A stretch of DNA of 34,251 nt from Chthonomonadales bacterium (GCA_038217285.1 JBBQPO010000023.1:1-34251); one strand, 5' to 3'. Shown: positions 16,366-26,255, counted from the stretch's first letter. Notes: generated by a model from the sequence alone, not told the origin. Translations and numbers: made by a program.

Positions 16366-17187
16366 ATGAGGTCCGTGAACTTGCCTGAGGCGGAGATTGG
16401 GGTTTTTGGCGGCAGCGGGTTTTACTCTCTGCTGCAAGACGTGCAAGAGGTGCCGATGGAGACGCCCTATGGTCCGCCGAGCGACAGTCTGTTTGTGGCA
16501 GAGCATGCGGGCAAACGCGTTGCGTTTCTGCCGCGGCACGGCAGGGGCCATACTATTCCTCCCCATAGGATCAACTATCGCGCCAATGTTTGGGCGATGA
16601 AGCAGCTAGGGGTGCGCTTTCTGATCAGCCCAGGGGCGGCAGGCAGCCTGCAACGGCACATCGAGCCCGAGCATTTCGTGGTGTGCGATCAGACGGTGGA
16701 TCGGACATCGGGGCGGGCCGACACGTTTTATGAGGGGCCGCAGGTGGTGCATGTCAGCGCTGCGGACCCGTATTGCCCGCATCTGCGGCAGATGGCGACG
16801 GAGGTAATCCAGGCCCAGGGCATTACGGTGCATGCGCGCGGCACGGTCGTGGTCATTCAGGGACCGCGGTTTTCGACCAAGGCCGAGAGCCGGTGGTTCA
16901 CGCAGATGGGGTGGGAGGTGATCAGCATGACGCAGTACCCGGAGAGTTATCTTGCCCTCGAACAGAACATCGCCCCTGTCAATATCGCGCTTGTTACCGA
17001 CTATGACAGTGGGCTGGTAGCAGAGGGGTCGGTTGGGCCGGTCAATACGCGCGACGCGTTGGCGGTATTCCGCAAGAACTCGGAGCGCATCAAAACGGTC
17101 GTTCTGGAGCTTATCCGACGAATTCCCCTCGATCTGGACAGTCCCTGTCACCATGCGCTGGCCTCGGCGGCTGTCGAAGCTGTTTGA
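16366..17187 (+). CDS. mtnP: S-methyl-5'-thioadenosine phosphorylase
   Basis: IGVFGGSGFY, TPYGPPS, FLPRHG, INYRAN, GSL, GPRFSTKAES, MTQYPE, VTDYD; GAGGAG RBS. Confidence 0.9.
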   Translation: MRSVNLPEAEIGVFGGSGFYSLLQDVQEVPMETPYGPPSDSLFVAEHAGKRVAFLPRHGRGHTIPPHRINYRANVWAMKQLGVRFLISPGAAGSLQRHIEPEHFVVCDQTVDRTSGRADTFYEGPQVVHVSAADPYCPHLRQMATEVIQAQGITVHARGTVVVIQGPRFSTKAESRWFTQMGWEVISMTQYPESYLALEQNIAPVNIALVTDYDSGLVAEGSVGPVNTRDALAVFRKNSERIKTVVLELIRRIPLDLDSPCHHALASAAVEAV

Positions 17188-17235
17188 GAGGGGAGGAGAT
17201 CGGCGCGGAGAGCGATAAATGGCGGAGGTCAGAGA

Positions 17236-17457
17236 ATGTTAATCCCTTTTCTGGTGTTCTGGATTTTGCTGGGCTGGAGCCTGTACGACGGCGACCTTTA
17301 TCCCCAGGAAGCGGCGATCCTTGTCGCCATCTGGGCCGGGCTGTTGGTGGTATTTCTCATTTTCAAAGTACCGCTGATCTGGTTCGTCGTGCCAACGGTA
17401 GTGCTCGACATTGTCTTGATAGTGAAAATATTCGGGCAGGATGTCCAGATCCGGTAA
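17236..17457 (+). CDS. small membrane protein (about 3 TM helices)
   Basis: 73 aa hydrophobic protein ending LDIVLIVKIFGQDVQIR; GGAGG RBS. Confidence 0.7.
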   Translation: MLIPFLVFWILLGWSLYDGDLYPQEAAILVAIWAGLLVVFLIFKVPLIWFVVPTVVLDIVLIVKIFGQDVQIR

Positions 17458-17505
17458 CCGGGGACCTCGGTGTCCGGCAACATCTTCGTACGCTTTCTGT
17501 CGGGA

Positions 17506-18834
17506 TTACGCCACGGGTGTCGAAACTTTTCTTGCTTCCACTTCTACGTCCGCCTGCCGTAGGGTCAGATGAGTCACATCGCCTTTGCGCGAGGTGTGGA
17601 AGGTGAGAGTGTCTTTGCTGTCTTCGCGGAAGAACACGGTATCCGAATCCGGCAGGAAGCGGCTGCGCGCTGTGCCGGAGGTGACCAGCAGGCACCCTTC
17701 TTTACCCTCGACTTGCAGCGTCACATGGGGCATCAGTTCGTAAAGGCCGACGTAAGAGGCGAGCACGGCGGCGGCGACCTTCGCCGGGGTTTTCACCTCG
17801 GGCATCTCGACCTTTTCGCCGAAGAGGATGGCGCCAAGCGCCTTCGTCACGTCGATGAAGGCGGAAGTCTCCGAGTTGCACAGCGCGATAACGCAGGCAG
17901 GCTCGTCTGGAAATCGGACGAGATTGGCGCGAAAGCCGTTGATGCCGCCGGCGTGCTCCACCGTTTTCCGGTTATGCTGCCAGCCCATCCCCACTCCGTA
18001 GCCGTAGGGCGCGAGAAGCGGCGCGATCATGGTCATGCGGGCGTGCGCCTGCTCCGAGATGAGCCGTTGGGCGAGGAGGGCCTGGTCCCAGCGGTAGAGG
18101 TCTTCGACGGTCGAGTAGAGGGCTCCCGCCGCATATGGGAAGCCCATGTCTAAATACGCGACCCCCGCCCATTCGCCAGCCTGTCGGGTATATCCGCTGG
18201 CGCGGTGGGGGAGAACCGCCTCGAAGCGGTCGTAACCGCTGTCGGCCATCTCGAGTGGAGTAAAGATCTGCTCCTGGAGGAAGGTCTCGTAAGAGACGCC
18301 CGACGTGCGCTCGATGATGTCGCCCAGCAATATGTAGCCGGAGTTGCTATAGCGATACTGGCTGCCGGGGCGAAATTCCAGCGGCTTTTCCCGGAAGATC
18401 TCGACGACCTCGCGCACCGTCTGCGGTTGCCTCGCCGTCGTCTCGAAGATTCCGGGGAAACTCGTGAGATTGGCAAGCCCTGCCGTATGGTTGAGAAGGT
18501 GGTGTATCGTGATCTCCTTCCAGGCTTCCGGGCTGTAAGGGAGGTGCGGCAGGAGAGGATCGTGGACGCGAAGCTTGCCCTGTTCCGCTAGGATCATGAT
18601 CGCCATCGCGGTGAACTGCTTGGTGATCGACCCGATCCGAAATTTGGTGTGGGGAGTGTTCGCAACGCCGTGTTCCCTGTTGGCGAGATCGTATCCGGCG
18701 CTATGCAGGATCTTGCCCTTGTGGGCCAGCAGGACCGACCCGGAGAATTTGCCGGCTCGCGTCATGGCCTGCATATAGGCTTCGACGTCGGACACGATCC
18801 CTTTCTCGGTCGTCTTCTTTTTTGCATTTGTCAC
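17506..18834 (-). CDS. serine hydrolase (beta-lactamase class C/penicillin-binding fold) with DUF3471-like C-terminal domain
   Basis: FRIGSITKQF (SxxK), LLNHTAG, YSNSGY (YxN), HAGGINGF; C-terminal YVGLYEL domain; GTG start with GGAGG RBS. Confidence 0.9.
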   Translation of the reverse strand: MTNAKKKTTEKGIVSDVEAYMQAMTRAGKFSGSVLLAHKGKILHSAGYDLANREHGVANTPHTKFRIGSITKQFTAMAIMILAEQGKLRVHDPLLPHLPYSPEAWKEITIHHLLNHTAGLANLTSFPGIFETTARQPQTVREVVEIFREKPLEFRPGSQYRYSNSGYILLGDIIERTSGVSYETFLQEQIFTPLEMADSGYDRFEAVLPHRASGYTRQAGEWAGVAYLDMGFPYAAGALYSTVEDLYRWDQALLAQRLISEQAHARMTMIAPLLAPYGYGVGMGWQHNRKTVEHAGGINGFRANLVRFPDEPACVIALCNSETSAFIDVTKALGAILFGEKVEMPEVKTPAKVAAAVLASYVGLYELMPHVTLQVEGKEGCLLVTSGTARSRFLPDSDTVFFREDSKDTLTFHTSRKGDVTHLTLRQADVEVEARKVSTPVA

Positions 18835-18976
18835 AGGTGTCCCCCCTCCTCGATAAGTTCACGGCTCAGCGTGTGCAAGAGGCAGACGCGCCTCGTCTTC
18901 CGAATGCGGGCGTCGGAGGCTGTGCGGACGTTCGCGCGTTGCGTCTGCGGATCGTCGTCAGAGTCGATAGCCCTTC

Positions 18977-20035
18977 TCACTTCCCCAGTACGACGCCGAT
19001 TTTGATGGAGCGGTCGGGAGCGGTAAAGATGGTGGGCAGAATCGCGGGGGCCTCTTCGAAGGAGACTATGGGCGTCACGATGCCTTCTCCGGTGATGCGT
19101 CCCTCCCGAAAGAGGTCGATGGTCGCCTGATAGGCGCGCTCCGGGTTCCAGAGGGGATGGGATCGGTCCGGATTGCCCCACCCCTCCCAGGCCTGGCTTC
19201 CCACGAGGGTCGGACGGTTGTGATGAAACTCCTCGCCCAGTTTGAGGTCGGTTCCATCTTTCGGGCCCCAGGGCACATGCACGACGGTTCCGCACTGCCG
19301 GATGCTGCGGATCGCGTCGTTCAGAGCGCGGCCGTTGCCGGAGGTTTCGATGGCGACATCGACGCCCTGTTTATCGGTGGCGTGTTTGATCGCGACTGCC
19401 GCATCCTGTTCGCGCGGGTCGAAGACGTCGTCGGCCCCGTGATTCAGGGCATAGTCGCGCCTGGCGGCGAGGGGATCGACGGCGAAGACGCGGTGCGCTC
19501 CTCCGGCCTTTGCGATCTGGACGGTGAGCAGGCCGATGGCTCCGAGGCCGAATACCGCGACATCGTCGCCCACGCGGATGTTGCCATCCCTCACCGCGAC
19601 GAACGCGACATGGGCCGGTTCGGTGCAGACGGCATCCACCGGTGTGAGGGTAGAAAGTAGGCGAAACTTCGCGGCAGGAGCCTGCACGATCTCGCTGATC
19701 TGTCCGGACCCGAAGACCCGATCTCCCGGTTGAAACCGTGTGACGTCCGCACCGACCTCCATCACCTCGCCGACCACCACATTGCCGACCCCGCGCGGTT
19801 GTCGGGGCGTCGGGACAGAAGTTGGAGGCGTCTCGGGGCGCGGCAGGAAGAGCCGCATTTCCGAGTCCCACTGCTTCGTCTGAAACGGACTGCCGGTGAT
19901 TACCTGCGATTCGGTTCCGTGCTTGGGTGCGGCAAAGGCGACGCGAACGCGTATCTCGTCTGCTTTCAGGGGCGGCAGTTCGACTTCCGTAATCCAAAAG
20001 CGTATTCCGTCTTCTGTGACGATACGACGTGGCAT
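18977..20035 (-). CDS. medium-chain dehydrogenase/reductase (zinc-binding alcohol dehydrogenase-like)
   Basis: GEV.EVGADV..FQPGDRV, GDDVAVFGLGAIG, VDVAIETSG; AAAGGAG RBS before ATG 20035; canonical Zn-ligand cysteines not evident. Confidence 0.85.
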   Translation of the reverse strand: MPRRIVTEDGIRFWITEVELPPLKADEIRVRVAFAAPKHGTESQVITGSPFQTKQWDSEMRLFLPRPETPPTSVPTPRQPRGVGNVVVGEVMEVGADVTRFQPGDRVFGSGQISEIVQAPAAKFRLLSTLTPVDAVCTEPAHVAFVAVRDGNIRVGDDVAVFGLGAIGLLTVQIAKAGGAHRVFAVDPLAARRDYALNHGADDVFDPREQDAAVAIKHATDKQGVDVAIETSGNGRALNDAIRSIRQCGTVVHVPWGPKDGTDLKLGEEFHHNRPTLVGSQAWEGWGNPDRSHPLWNPERAYQATIDLFREGRITGEGIVTPIVSFEEAPAILPTIFTAPDRSIKIGVVLGK

Positions 20036-20446
20036 GAGTCTCTCCTTTGTCCGCATGTGTCCATCTCCATAATTCGCGAAATGTAAAGTTTCCTCCTTCC
20101 CGAGATTGGCCCGACGCAGGATATGAGCGTCGGCCTCTAAAGGACTATGTGGGGCTGGACACGAATACAGGCCCGCCGTATCGGGGTGTTTGCGCGGTGG
20201 CTTTGCCGAATGCAGCAATATTGGCTTTCCCTTTCATGGCAAGAAAAACGATTTTCGGAGCAGGATTTTATTTAGATTGTCAAAATAATGGTTGTATGTT
20301 ATACTGGACTGGAGCCGGATCGTGGCTGGCTTTGCTGGTAGTTTATCGGTTTTATCGGTAGTCCCGGCATGACGTGGGAGAGACTATTTTCCTCGCGGAA
20401 TCCACATCACCGGAGGATCAAACGCCTTGCTGAGAAAGGAGAAGAG

Positions 20447-20683
20447 ATGGCTGCTGTCAGTTTCGCGAATGACATTGCTCCGCTGTTCACGAAGATCGAT
20501 GTGGAGCACATGTGCAATGTCACCCAATGCGCGATGAGACTCAATGACTACACCAGTGTGTGCCTGTCGGCGAATAAGATCTACGGCGCGCTTTTGGGAA
20601 AGTATATGCCGCCTGGCGCTCCCTGGTCTGATGCGAACATCGCTCTGTTCGACAAATGGATCAAGGACGGGAAGCAACCGTAG
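20447..20683 (+). CDS. small protein with a cytochrome-c-like module lacking CxxCH
   Basis: SFANDIAPLF...LNDY..V...A.KI......MPP...WS.....LF.KWI..G; AAAGGAG RBS. Confidence 0.75.
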   Translation: MAAVSFANDIAPLFTKIDVEHMCNVTQCAMRLNDYTSVCLSANKIYGALLGKYMPPGAPWSDANIALFDKWIKDGKQP

Positions 20684-20738
20684 TTCTGCCTCACGCGATT
20701 GGATCGGTGCGCTCCGGTCCGGAAGGAGTTCCTGTGCA

Positions 20739-22505
20739 ATGAGTTATGTGGACTTGCCACGAATACACTTTTTCGGTCAGTTCTATGCCGATGTCTCGAC
20801 GATCGACAACACGATTGGGAACTACGACCCTGCCGTCCAACTGCAGAGTACGGATCCCAACGCGCCGGGCTATGTTTCCTGGAACCCGTTTGGGACGCAT
20901 AACTTTGCTTTTCGGAACTGTACGGTGAAAAGCGCCATGGGGAGCGATGGAACGGTCTACGAGACCTCCGCAGCGGATCCAGTGGTTGGGGCCGTCGTGG
21001 AGAGCGCTGGAGAGAAATTTCCGGTAAATAGCCCGACTTGTGTCTACTACTCCTATCCCGCCAAAATGGTGGATCTCGACGCCGACCAGCAGATGGTATC
21101 GCAAATCTGGGGGTTCCAGGTACGGATCACCACGCCCTCCGGCGCGGAGGTCGCGGGGCAGATGTCGGTGACCTCCCTGGCGGACATCTGGCCGCGCTGT
21201 TCTTCCTTGCAGCACAGCGCTGCCTATTGCGCCATCTACCAGTCGGTCCTGACGAACCTGACATGGACGCATGTGGAGAGATCTCCCTTGTTGGCGCAAC
21301 TACAGGCGATCAGCGGCACGGAACTCTCGATCAAATTCATCGTCGATGCCTACAATACCGACAAGACCAGCGCCACGTTTGGGGTCGGTCGGGTCGCGGG
21401 CACGATCGGGCCGGCGGCGGCAGGAGAACCTACGCGCTTTCTGGCGGCACGGCGTCTCACCAGTGCCAGTGGGCAGTTCGGCCCGACGCCGGTCAAGGTG
21501 GATGCGGCCCGCAGTAGGCTCATCCTCGATCTGGGCAACACCGTCCCTTCGGTGCACACGGCCGGGCAGCCGAAATTCGTCTTGAATTCAAGCTATCCCA
21601 GCCTGTTGGTCGCGGTGCAGAAGCAGGCTCTCCCCTTCGGGCTGTTACAACACAGTACGCCAGGGGCGGCGGTTCCGACCTTAGACGCCGCGGCCGGGTT
21701 TACCAGCCTGGGTATCGTGGAGTGCTCGGAGAGCCAGTACGAAAGCACCGCCGGGATCGTGGAACTGGCGCTCACGGCAGAACAGCTTGCGCTCATCTCG
21801 CAGAGTCGTCTGGCGCTGTTCGCCCCTGCCCCCGCAGGAATACCAGTGCCATCTGTCATCGAACATCTGGAAGGACTCTACGTCAACGCAGAGAATCCGG
21901 TGTTTCGTATCTATCCCGGTACCGCCGTGCAGGCGACCGCGCTGGTCGCCACACAGTGGGGCCATCCCAAGGCGGGATTGGCACTGGATGTTACGCTCGT
22001 CCCGAATAACGACTGGAACAACCTGCCTGCTGCGGCACTGCAGATCAATGGGCAGTCGCTGCCGGTAAGCGTGACAACCGGGCCGGACGGGCGGGCACCG
22101 ATCCAATTTACTGCGCTTGATCCCATCCCGAAACCACCGCAACGTCAGTACATCGATAGCCAGATCTACTCGGTCGGCGGACCCTGGCAGCAGTACGGTC
22201 AGGTAGGATTGGGCTCGGGCGCGGCCATCAGCGTCATGGTTTGGAACACCGTCCCGGCGGTTACAAATCCGACATGGAGCGATGTGCAGCCCATTTTGGA
22301 ATACTACACCCGCGTGTATCCTTACATGAAGACAGCCGTGGATATTTCGGACTACGCTACCATCATGCAGTTCGATCCCTTCCAGATTCGCTATATCATC
22401 CAGTATGTGCCGGAGGTAGATCCTCACTTCATGCCGGTGTCGCGGGATCTATCGCCGCCGAAGCGGGATATGCTGATCGCATGGCTCAATAACCCGGTGA
22501 AGTAG
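20739..22505 (+). CDS. VioB/RebD/StaD-related protein lacking the ferritin-like domain
   Basis: MSYVDLPRIHFFG.F.ADVST..N, WNP.G, AKMVDLD..QQ..SQI.G, LDLGN..P, C-terminal YPYM...FMPVSRDLS..KR..L..WL; AAGGAG RBS. Confidence 0.7.
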   Translation: MSYVDLPRIHFFGQFYADVSTIDNTIGNYDPAVQLQSTDPNAPGYVSWNPFGTHNFAFRNCTVKSAMGSDGTVYETSAADPVVGAVVESAGEKFPVNSPTCVYYSYPAKMVDLDADQQMVSQIWGFQVRITTPSGAEVAGQMSVTSLADIWPRCSSLQHSAAYCAIYQSVLTNLTWTHVERSPLLAQLQAISGTELSIKFIVDAYNTDKTSATFGVGRVAGTIGPAAAGEPTRFLAARRLTSASGQFGPTPVKVDAARSRLILDLGNTVPSVHTAGQPKFVLNSSYPSLLVAVQKQALPFGLLQHSTPGAAVPTLDAAAGFTSLGIVECSESQYESTAGIVELALTAEQLALISQSRLALFAPAPAGIPVPSVIEHLEGLYVNAENPVFRIYPGTAVQATALVATQWGHPKAGLALDVTLVPNNDWNNLPAAALQINGQSLPVSVTTGPDGRAPIQFTALDPIPKPPQRQYIDSQIYSVGGPWQQYGQVGLGSGAAISVMVWNTVPAVTNPTWSDVQPILEYYTRVYPYMKTAVDISDYATIMQFDPFQIRYIIQYVPEVDPHFMPVSRDLSPPKRDMLIAWLNNPVK

Positions 22506-22546
22506 TGCGAGAGGTTATAACGCGCTTAGATCGAGGAGGGAAGACC

Positions 22547-24037
22547 ATGGTACATCGTGTGAGACAGTCGATTCGGCAACACACTTCGATAACATTTCTG
22601 CTCTGGGCGGCCCTGCTCTGCAGCGGTCTTTTTGCCCCGCGCTCTGTGGCGGCGGATACGCTCCCGTTCTCGGTCACTCTTGCAGAGGTTCCGATCACGG
22701 GCGCATCGCATCCGCTCCAGAGCTACTCCGCCGGCGTTTCCGGGGGGAAATGGCTGCTCCTTGGCGGCAGAACGGCCGGAATGCACGCCTTTACACAGCC
22801 GCATAACTTTCCGGAAGACACTTTCAACCGCTTCGCCTACGTGCTGGACCCGGTTACCGGCAAGTTCGTCGGGCAGCCGTTCGACCTGCGGCTGCTCGGA
22901 ACCGTACTGGGCGATTCGCTCGCAGCCACCAATGCGCAGAGCGTTCAGGTCGGAGATACACTCACGATCATCGGCGGATACGGGATCTACAATAACGTGT
23001 TTGTCACCTTCAGCACCGTGACGACGATCAATGTGAAGCAGATGATTCAGTTGATCGTCAGCGGTAAGGCGACAGCCGCGAACGTCAAGCGACTGATCCA
23101 TCAGAACCAGGATACTCGGCTGCGTGTCACGGGCGGCGGGCTGGAGTATATCGCGTCCCCGAGTGGCGGCAAAGGCGTTTTTTATCTCGTCTTCGGCCAA
23201 CTGCTCGACGGCGAATACTCGATCAATCCTTCGAACTTTAACGCGAACCGAGGATTTCGTCAGGAGTACACCCAGCAGGTCGGGGTTTTCACCCTCGAAG
23301 ACGATCTCACCATTACGGCCGGCAGCTACCACCTGGCCGCGCCCTACAGCTCCGATCTTCCCTACAATCGCCGGGATCTGACGGTCATTCCGGAGATCCG
23401 ACCGACCGGAAAACAGGGCATCAACGTCTATGGCGGCGTCTTTCGCGCCGGTCGGGTTGAAGGGAACCTGACTCCGATCACCATAGACCCGGCCACCGGT
23501 TCGGACGGGGGGCCGACGGCGACGGTCGTGGTCAATACCTATCTGCAGCCGCTGAACCACTACGAGTGCGCGGTACTGCCGCTGTTCGATCCGCACAGCA
23601 AAGCGATGTACGTGACCTTCTTCGGCGGAATCAGCCAGTATCACTACGACCGTGGGACCAATACGCTGATCCGAGACCCGGTCGATCTCCCAAACGGACT
23701 CGATGGGCTGCCCTTCATTCCGACGGTGACAACGATGGTTCATAGCTCCGGCGATAAGTATCAGCAGTACATCCAGCCCTATGACATGCTGGGGTTGGAG
23801 GGAACGGAGGCTCATTTCTCGCCCAGCGCCGGTGCGCCCGTTTTCTCCAACGGCGTCATCAACTTCGGCAAGATAAAGAAGGCCACAATCGTCGGCTATA
23901 TCTACGGAGGGATCCTTGCGACGCAGCCCTATTCCGTGCAGGGGCCGTCCTCTCCTTCCGCCAAACTCTACAAGGTCATCGTGACTCCAGGCAACTCCAC
24001 CGTCACCCCCACGCCGCCTCTCCCCGCTGGGAACTGA
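22547..24037 (+). CDS. secreted Kelch-like/beta-propeller protein
   Basis: Signal peptide ending SVAA; LQSY...KWLLLGGR..G.H, IIGGYG, VTGG.L, RRD, GGVF, FFGGISQY, YIYGGI; GAGGAGG RBS before ATG 22547. Confidence 0.75.
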   Translation: MVHRVRQSIRQHTSITFLLWAALLCSGLFAPRSVAADTLPFSVTLAEVPITGASHPLQSYSAGVSGGKWLLLGGRTAGMHAFTQPHNFPEDTFNRFAYVLDPVTGKFVGQPFDLRLLGTVLGDSLAATNAQSVQVGDTLTIIGGYGIYNNVFVTFSTVTTINVKQMIQLIVSGKATAANVKRLIHQNQDTRLRVTGGGLEYIASPSGGKGVFYLVFGQLLDGEYSINPSNFNANRGFRQEYTQQVGVFTLEDDLTITAGSYHLAAPYSSDLPYNRRDLTVIPEIRPTGKQGINVYGGVFRAGRVEGNLTPITIDPATGSDGGPTATVVVNTYLQPLNHYECAVLPLFDPHSKAMYVTFFGGISQYHYDRGTNTLIRDPVDLPNGLDGLPFIPTVTTMVHSSGDKYQQYIQPYDMLGLEGTEAHFSPSAGAPVFSNGVINFGKIKKATIVGYIYGGILATQPYSVQGPSSPSAKLYKVIVTPGNSTVTPTPPLPAGN

Positions 24038-24087
24038 CAACAACAGCCCTTCGCATCACGGTTCGATGCGAAGGGCTGTTGTTGTCA
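24035..24087. terminator. perfect 23-bp hairpin ending the VioB-like operon
   Basis: TGACAACAACAGCCCTTCGCATC-acggttc-GATGCGAAGGGCTGTTGTTGTCA, starting at the stop codon. Confidence 0.75.
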
Positions 24088-24138
24088 TAACCTTGATAAC
24101 ACACCGATCACTACGATATAATGAATATGGATCGAACG
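24074..24138 (+). promoter_or_regulatory. sigma70-type promoter element, copy B (shared with 1513-1577)
   Basis: TTGATA (24093-24098)-18 nt-TATAAT (24117-24122); 51/65 identical to copy A. Confidence 0.75.
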
Positions 24139-24240
24139 CTTCTACGTGCGCCACGGTATGGGCTCGGCGGTGAAGCGTCGCGGCTTAGCAGAGAACGGCG
24201 AACGGCCATGCGAGGAGTTGGAAGAGCAGAGGAGAAGCGT

Positions 24241-24495
24241 ATGCCGCGCTACGACTATATGTGCGCGTGTGGTGGGGCGGTCGTCCGGGTTTTCGCGATG
24301 CGGGAGGTTCCGGCGGTCGTGGCGTGTGGTGGATGCGGCGGAGAGGCAGGACGCGTCTTTGGCGTACCGCAGGTAAAATCGTCGTCGCTCCTTTCGGAGG
24401 CGAACAAGCGTGGGCTGGCCGAACTGGACTCCACGCGGCGGGCAGATGAGACGCGGTATGCACGGAACTGGGATCGTCCGTTGCCGCGCCTGTGA
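24241..24495 (+). CDS. FmdB-family zinc-ribbon protein
   Basis: MPRYDYMCACG...VACGGCGGEAGRVF; GAGGAG RBS; such genes are common in phage head operons. Confidence 0.8.
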   Translation: MPRYDYMCACGGAVVRVFAMREVPAVVACGGCGGEAGRVFGVPQVKSSSLLSEANKRGLAELDSTRRADETRYARNWDRPLPRL

Positions 24496-24602
24496 ATGTT
24501 CGATGCACGGCGTCGGACTGGTGCGAAGTTCCTCCCCATTTCACGACAGACCCCGGCCTCTCCAGAGTCGGTGACAGCCCCTTCTGAAAGTTAAGCCCCT
24601 TT

Positions 24603-26255
24603 ATGCACCCTGAAGAACCAATCAAAAAGACGAACGGGCAGGCGACGCCGGAGACAATCACAGGGCGTATTCGCACGGGCCAGCGGTTTATCGAGCGCGG
24701 CCTGGGGGAGCGGGAGCGGATCGCCTGCAAGCGCTTCCTCGACGGGTCGGAGGCGAGCGCCTATCTGCTCTATGACGACGATAACTTCGATGGCGTGGGC
24801 GTACTGCCCGAGGCGCAGGAGGTCGGGAACGTCAACTACCTGGCGATCAACATCCTGACGAAGGTGGCGGCGGTCGCCATCGGGGATCCGGACTTCCATG
24901 TGGATACGGGCTCCGACGATCCGGCGATTATGCAGGCTCAGCAGGGCAGTGAGCCGCCCGATCTGTCGCGGCAGGATATGGCGGAGATCGTGCGGCGTTT
25001 CCTGCGACAGTTGTGGGAGCTGCGGGGCTGGGCGCGGGTGTTTCGCAAAGTACTGCTGAAGCGGGCGCTCAGCGGTATGGGAATCCTGGCCTATCTGTGG
25101 CACGACGAGGACGGCCCGCTTTTCGAGACGGTGCGGGCGCGTGACTTCGCCTGCGATCCCTGCGTGACGGACTGGCGCAATCTGCACTGGGCGGCGCGGC
25201 GTATTCGCATGCGGCGTGAGGACGCAAGGGCGCGTTATCCGAAGATCGCCGATATGGTGATGGCTCCTGTGTCCGACATCCCCAACCTCGACGAGCCGTC
25301 GCCGCTCTCCCGCGATACCGTGGAGCTCTGGGTCTATTGGGACCGGGCGACAGAGGCAACGTGTTATGGCGAGCAGGTTTTGGAGCAGGGGCCGAACCTG
25401 TACGGGCGGGTGCCGCTGCTGATTCTGGAGGGAGACATCGCGCCGGAGTCGGAACTGTCGCTGGGCGACTACGACACGGCTTCACAACTCCAGGAGATGC
25501 TGGCGCGGCTGCAGGCGATGATCAACAGCCAGGCAGAGAACGGCGGCGCGATCGGCTGGTACAATCCTGGCCTGCTGGACGACACGAGCAAGAACGCATT
25601 CGACACCGGCCGCCCGCAGGAGTTCATCGCCACGCAGGGCGACGGCCGGGAGGTGTTCGGTTATATACCGGGCCAGCCGTCGGACCCGATGCTCATGGAG
25701 GCGTTTATACTGGCCCAGAAGGGCCTCGATAGCGCGACCGGCGTGAGCGAGTACCAGCGGGGCGTCATCAACCAGAGCGTACACTTCGCGACGGAGGCGG
25801 CGCTGCTGGCGAACCAGAGCGGGGCGCGGGGCAACCAGGCGCGGATCGAGTTCGAGCAGTTCGTCAACTTCGCGGCGCGATGCCTGCTCCATATGGTGGG
25901 GGCGTTCGCACCGGCGATGATGGCGGACGGCGCGCCGGAAGACGCGCTGCTATTGCAGTCCATCAAGGCCGTGCAGGACATCAAGGTCATCGAAGCCTCG
26001 ACCAGTTATAAAGACCCGAGCGCGGAGATGCAGACCAATCTGCAACTGCTGCAGGCGATGATGCCCTTCATTCAGGCAGGGCTCGTGAATCCGACGCCGC
26101 TGGTGGCCGACGTCTTTCGCGCCTTCGGGAAGCGGGATGTACACAAGTATTTCCAGCTTCCACCGTCGGGGTCACCGGGAGGAGCGACAGCCCAGCCCTC
26201 CCCACCGCCTCCCATTCCACAGGCCCAGACCGGGCGAGAGGACAACAGTAGATGA
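24603..26255 (+). CDS. portal protein (P22/podovirus-like)
   Basis: 550 aa, precedes scaffold and capsid; F..DP...DW....W..RR.....E.A..RYP and TGVSEYQRG......ATEA motifs; Pro/Gln-rich tail. Confidence 0.8.
   Translation: MHPEEPIKKTNGQATPETITGRIRTGQRFIERGLGERERIACKRFLDGSEASAYLLYDDDNFDGVGVLPEAQEVGNVNYLAINILTKVAAVAIGDPDFHVDTGSDDPAIMQAQQGSEPPDLSRQDMAEIVRRFLRQLWELRGWARVFRKVLLKRALSGMGILAYLWHDEDGPLFETVRARDFACDPCVTDWRNLHWAARRIRMRREDARARYPKIADMVMAPVSDIPNLDEPSPLSRDTVELWVYWDRATEATCYGEQVLEQGPNLYGRVPLLILEGDIAPESELSLGDYDTASQLQEMLARLQAMINSQAENGGAIGWYNPGLLDDTSKNAFDTGRPQEFIATQGDGREVFGYIPGQPSDPMLMEAFILAQKGLDSATGVSEYQRGVINQSVHFATEAALLANQSGARGNQARIEFEQFVNFAARCLLHMVGAFAPAMMADGAPEDALLLQSIKAVQDIKVIEASTSYKDPSAEMQTNLQLLQAMMPFIQAGLVNPTPLVADVFRAFGKRDVHKYFQLPPSGSPGGATAQPSPPPPIPQAQTGREDNSR

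Noticed and set aside
18831-18980. 49-aa minus-strand ORF with GTGA overlaps to both neighbours
   Set aside because: No recognisable motif or convincing RBS; it cannot be distinguished from chance.
20739-22505. Violacein/indolocarbazole biosynthesis cluster
   Set aside because: The protein lacks the ferritin-like domain, and no vioA/C/D/E or rebO/P-like genes are adjacent.
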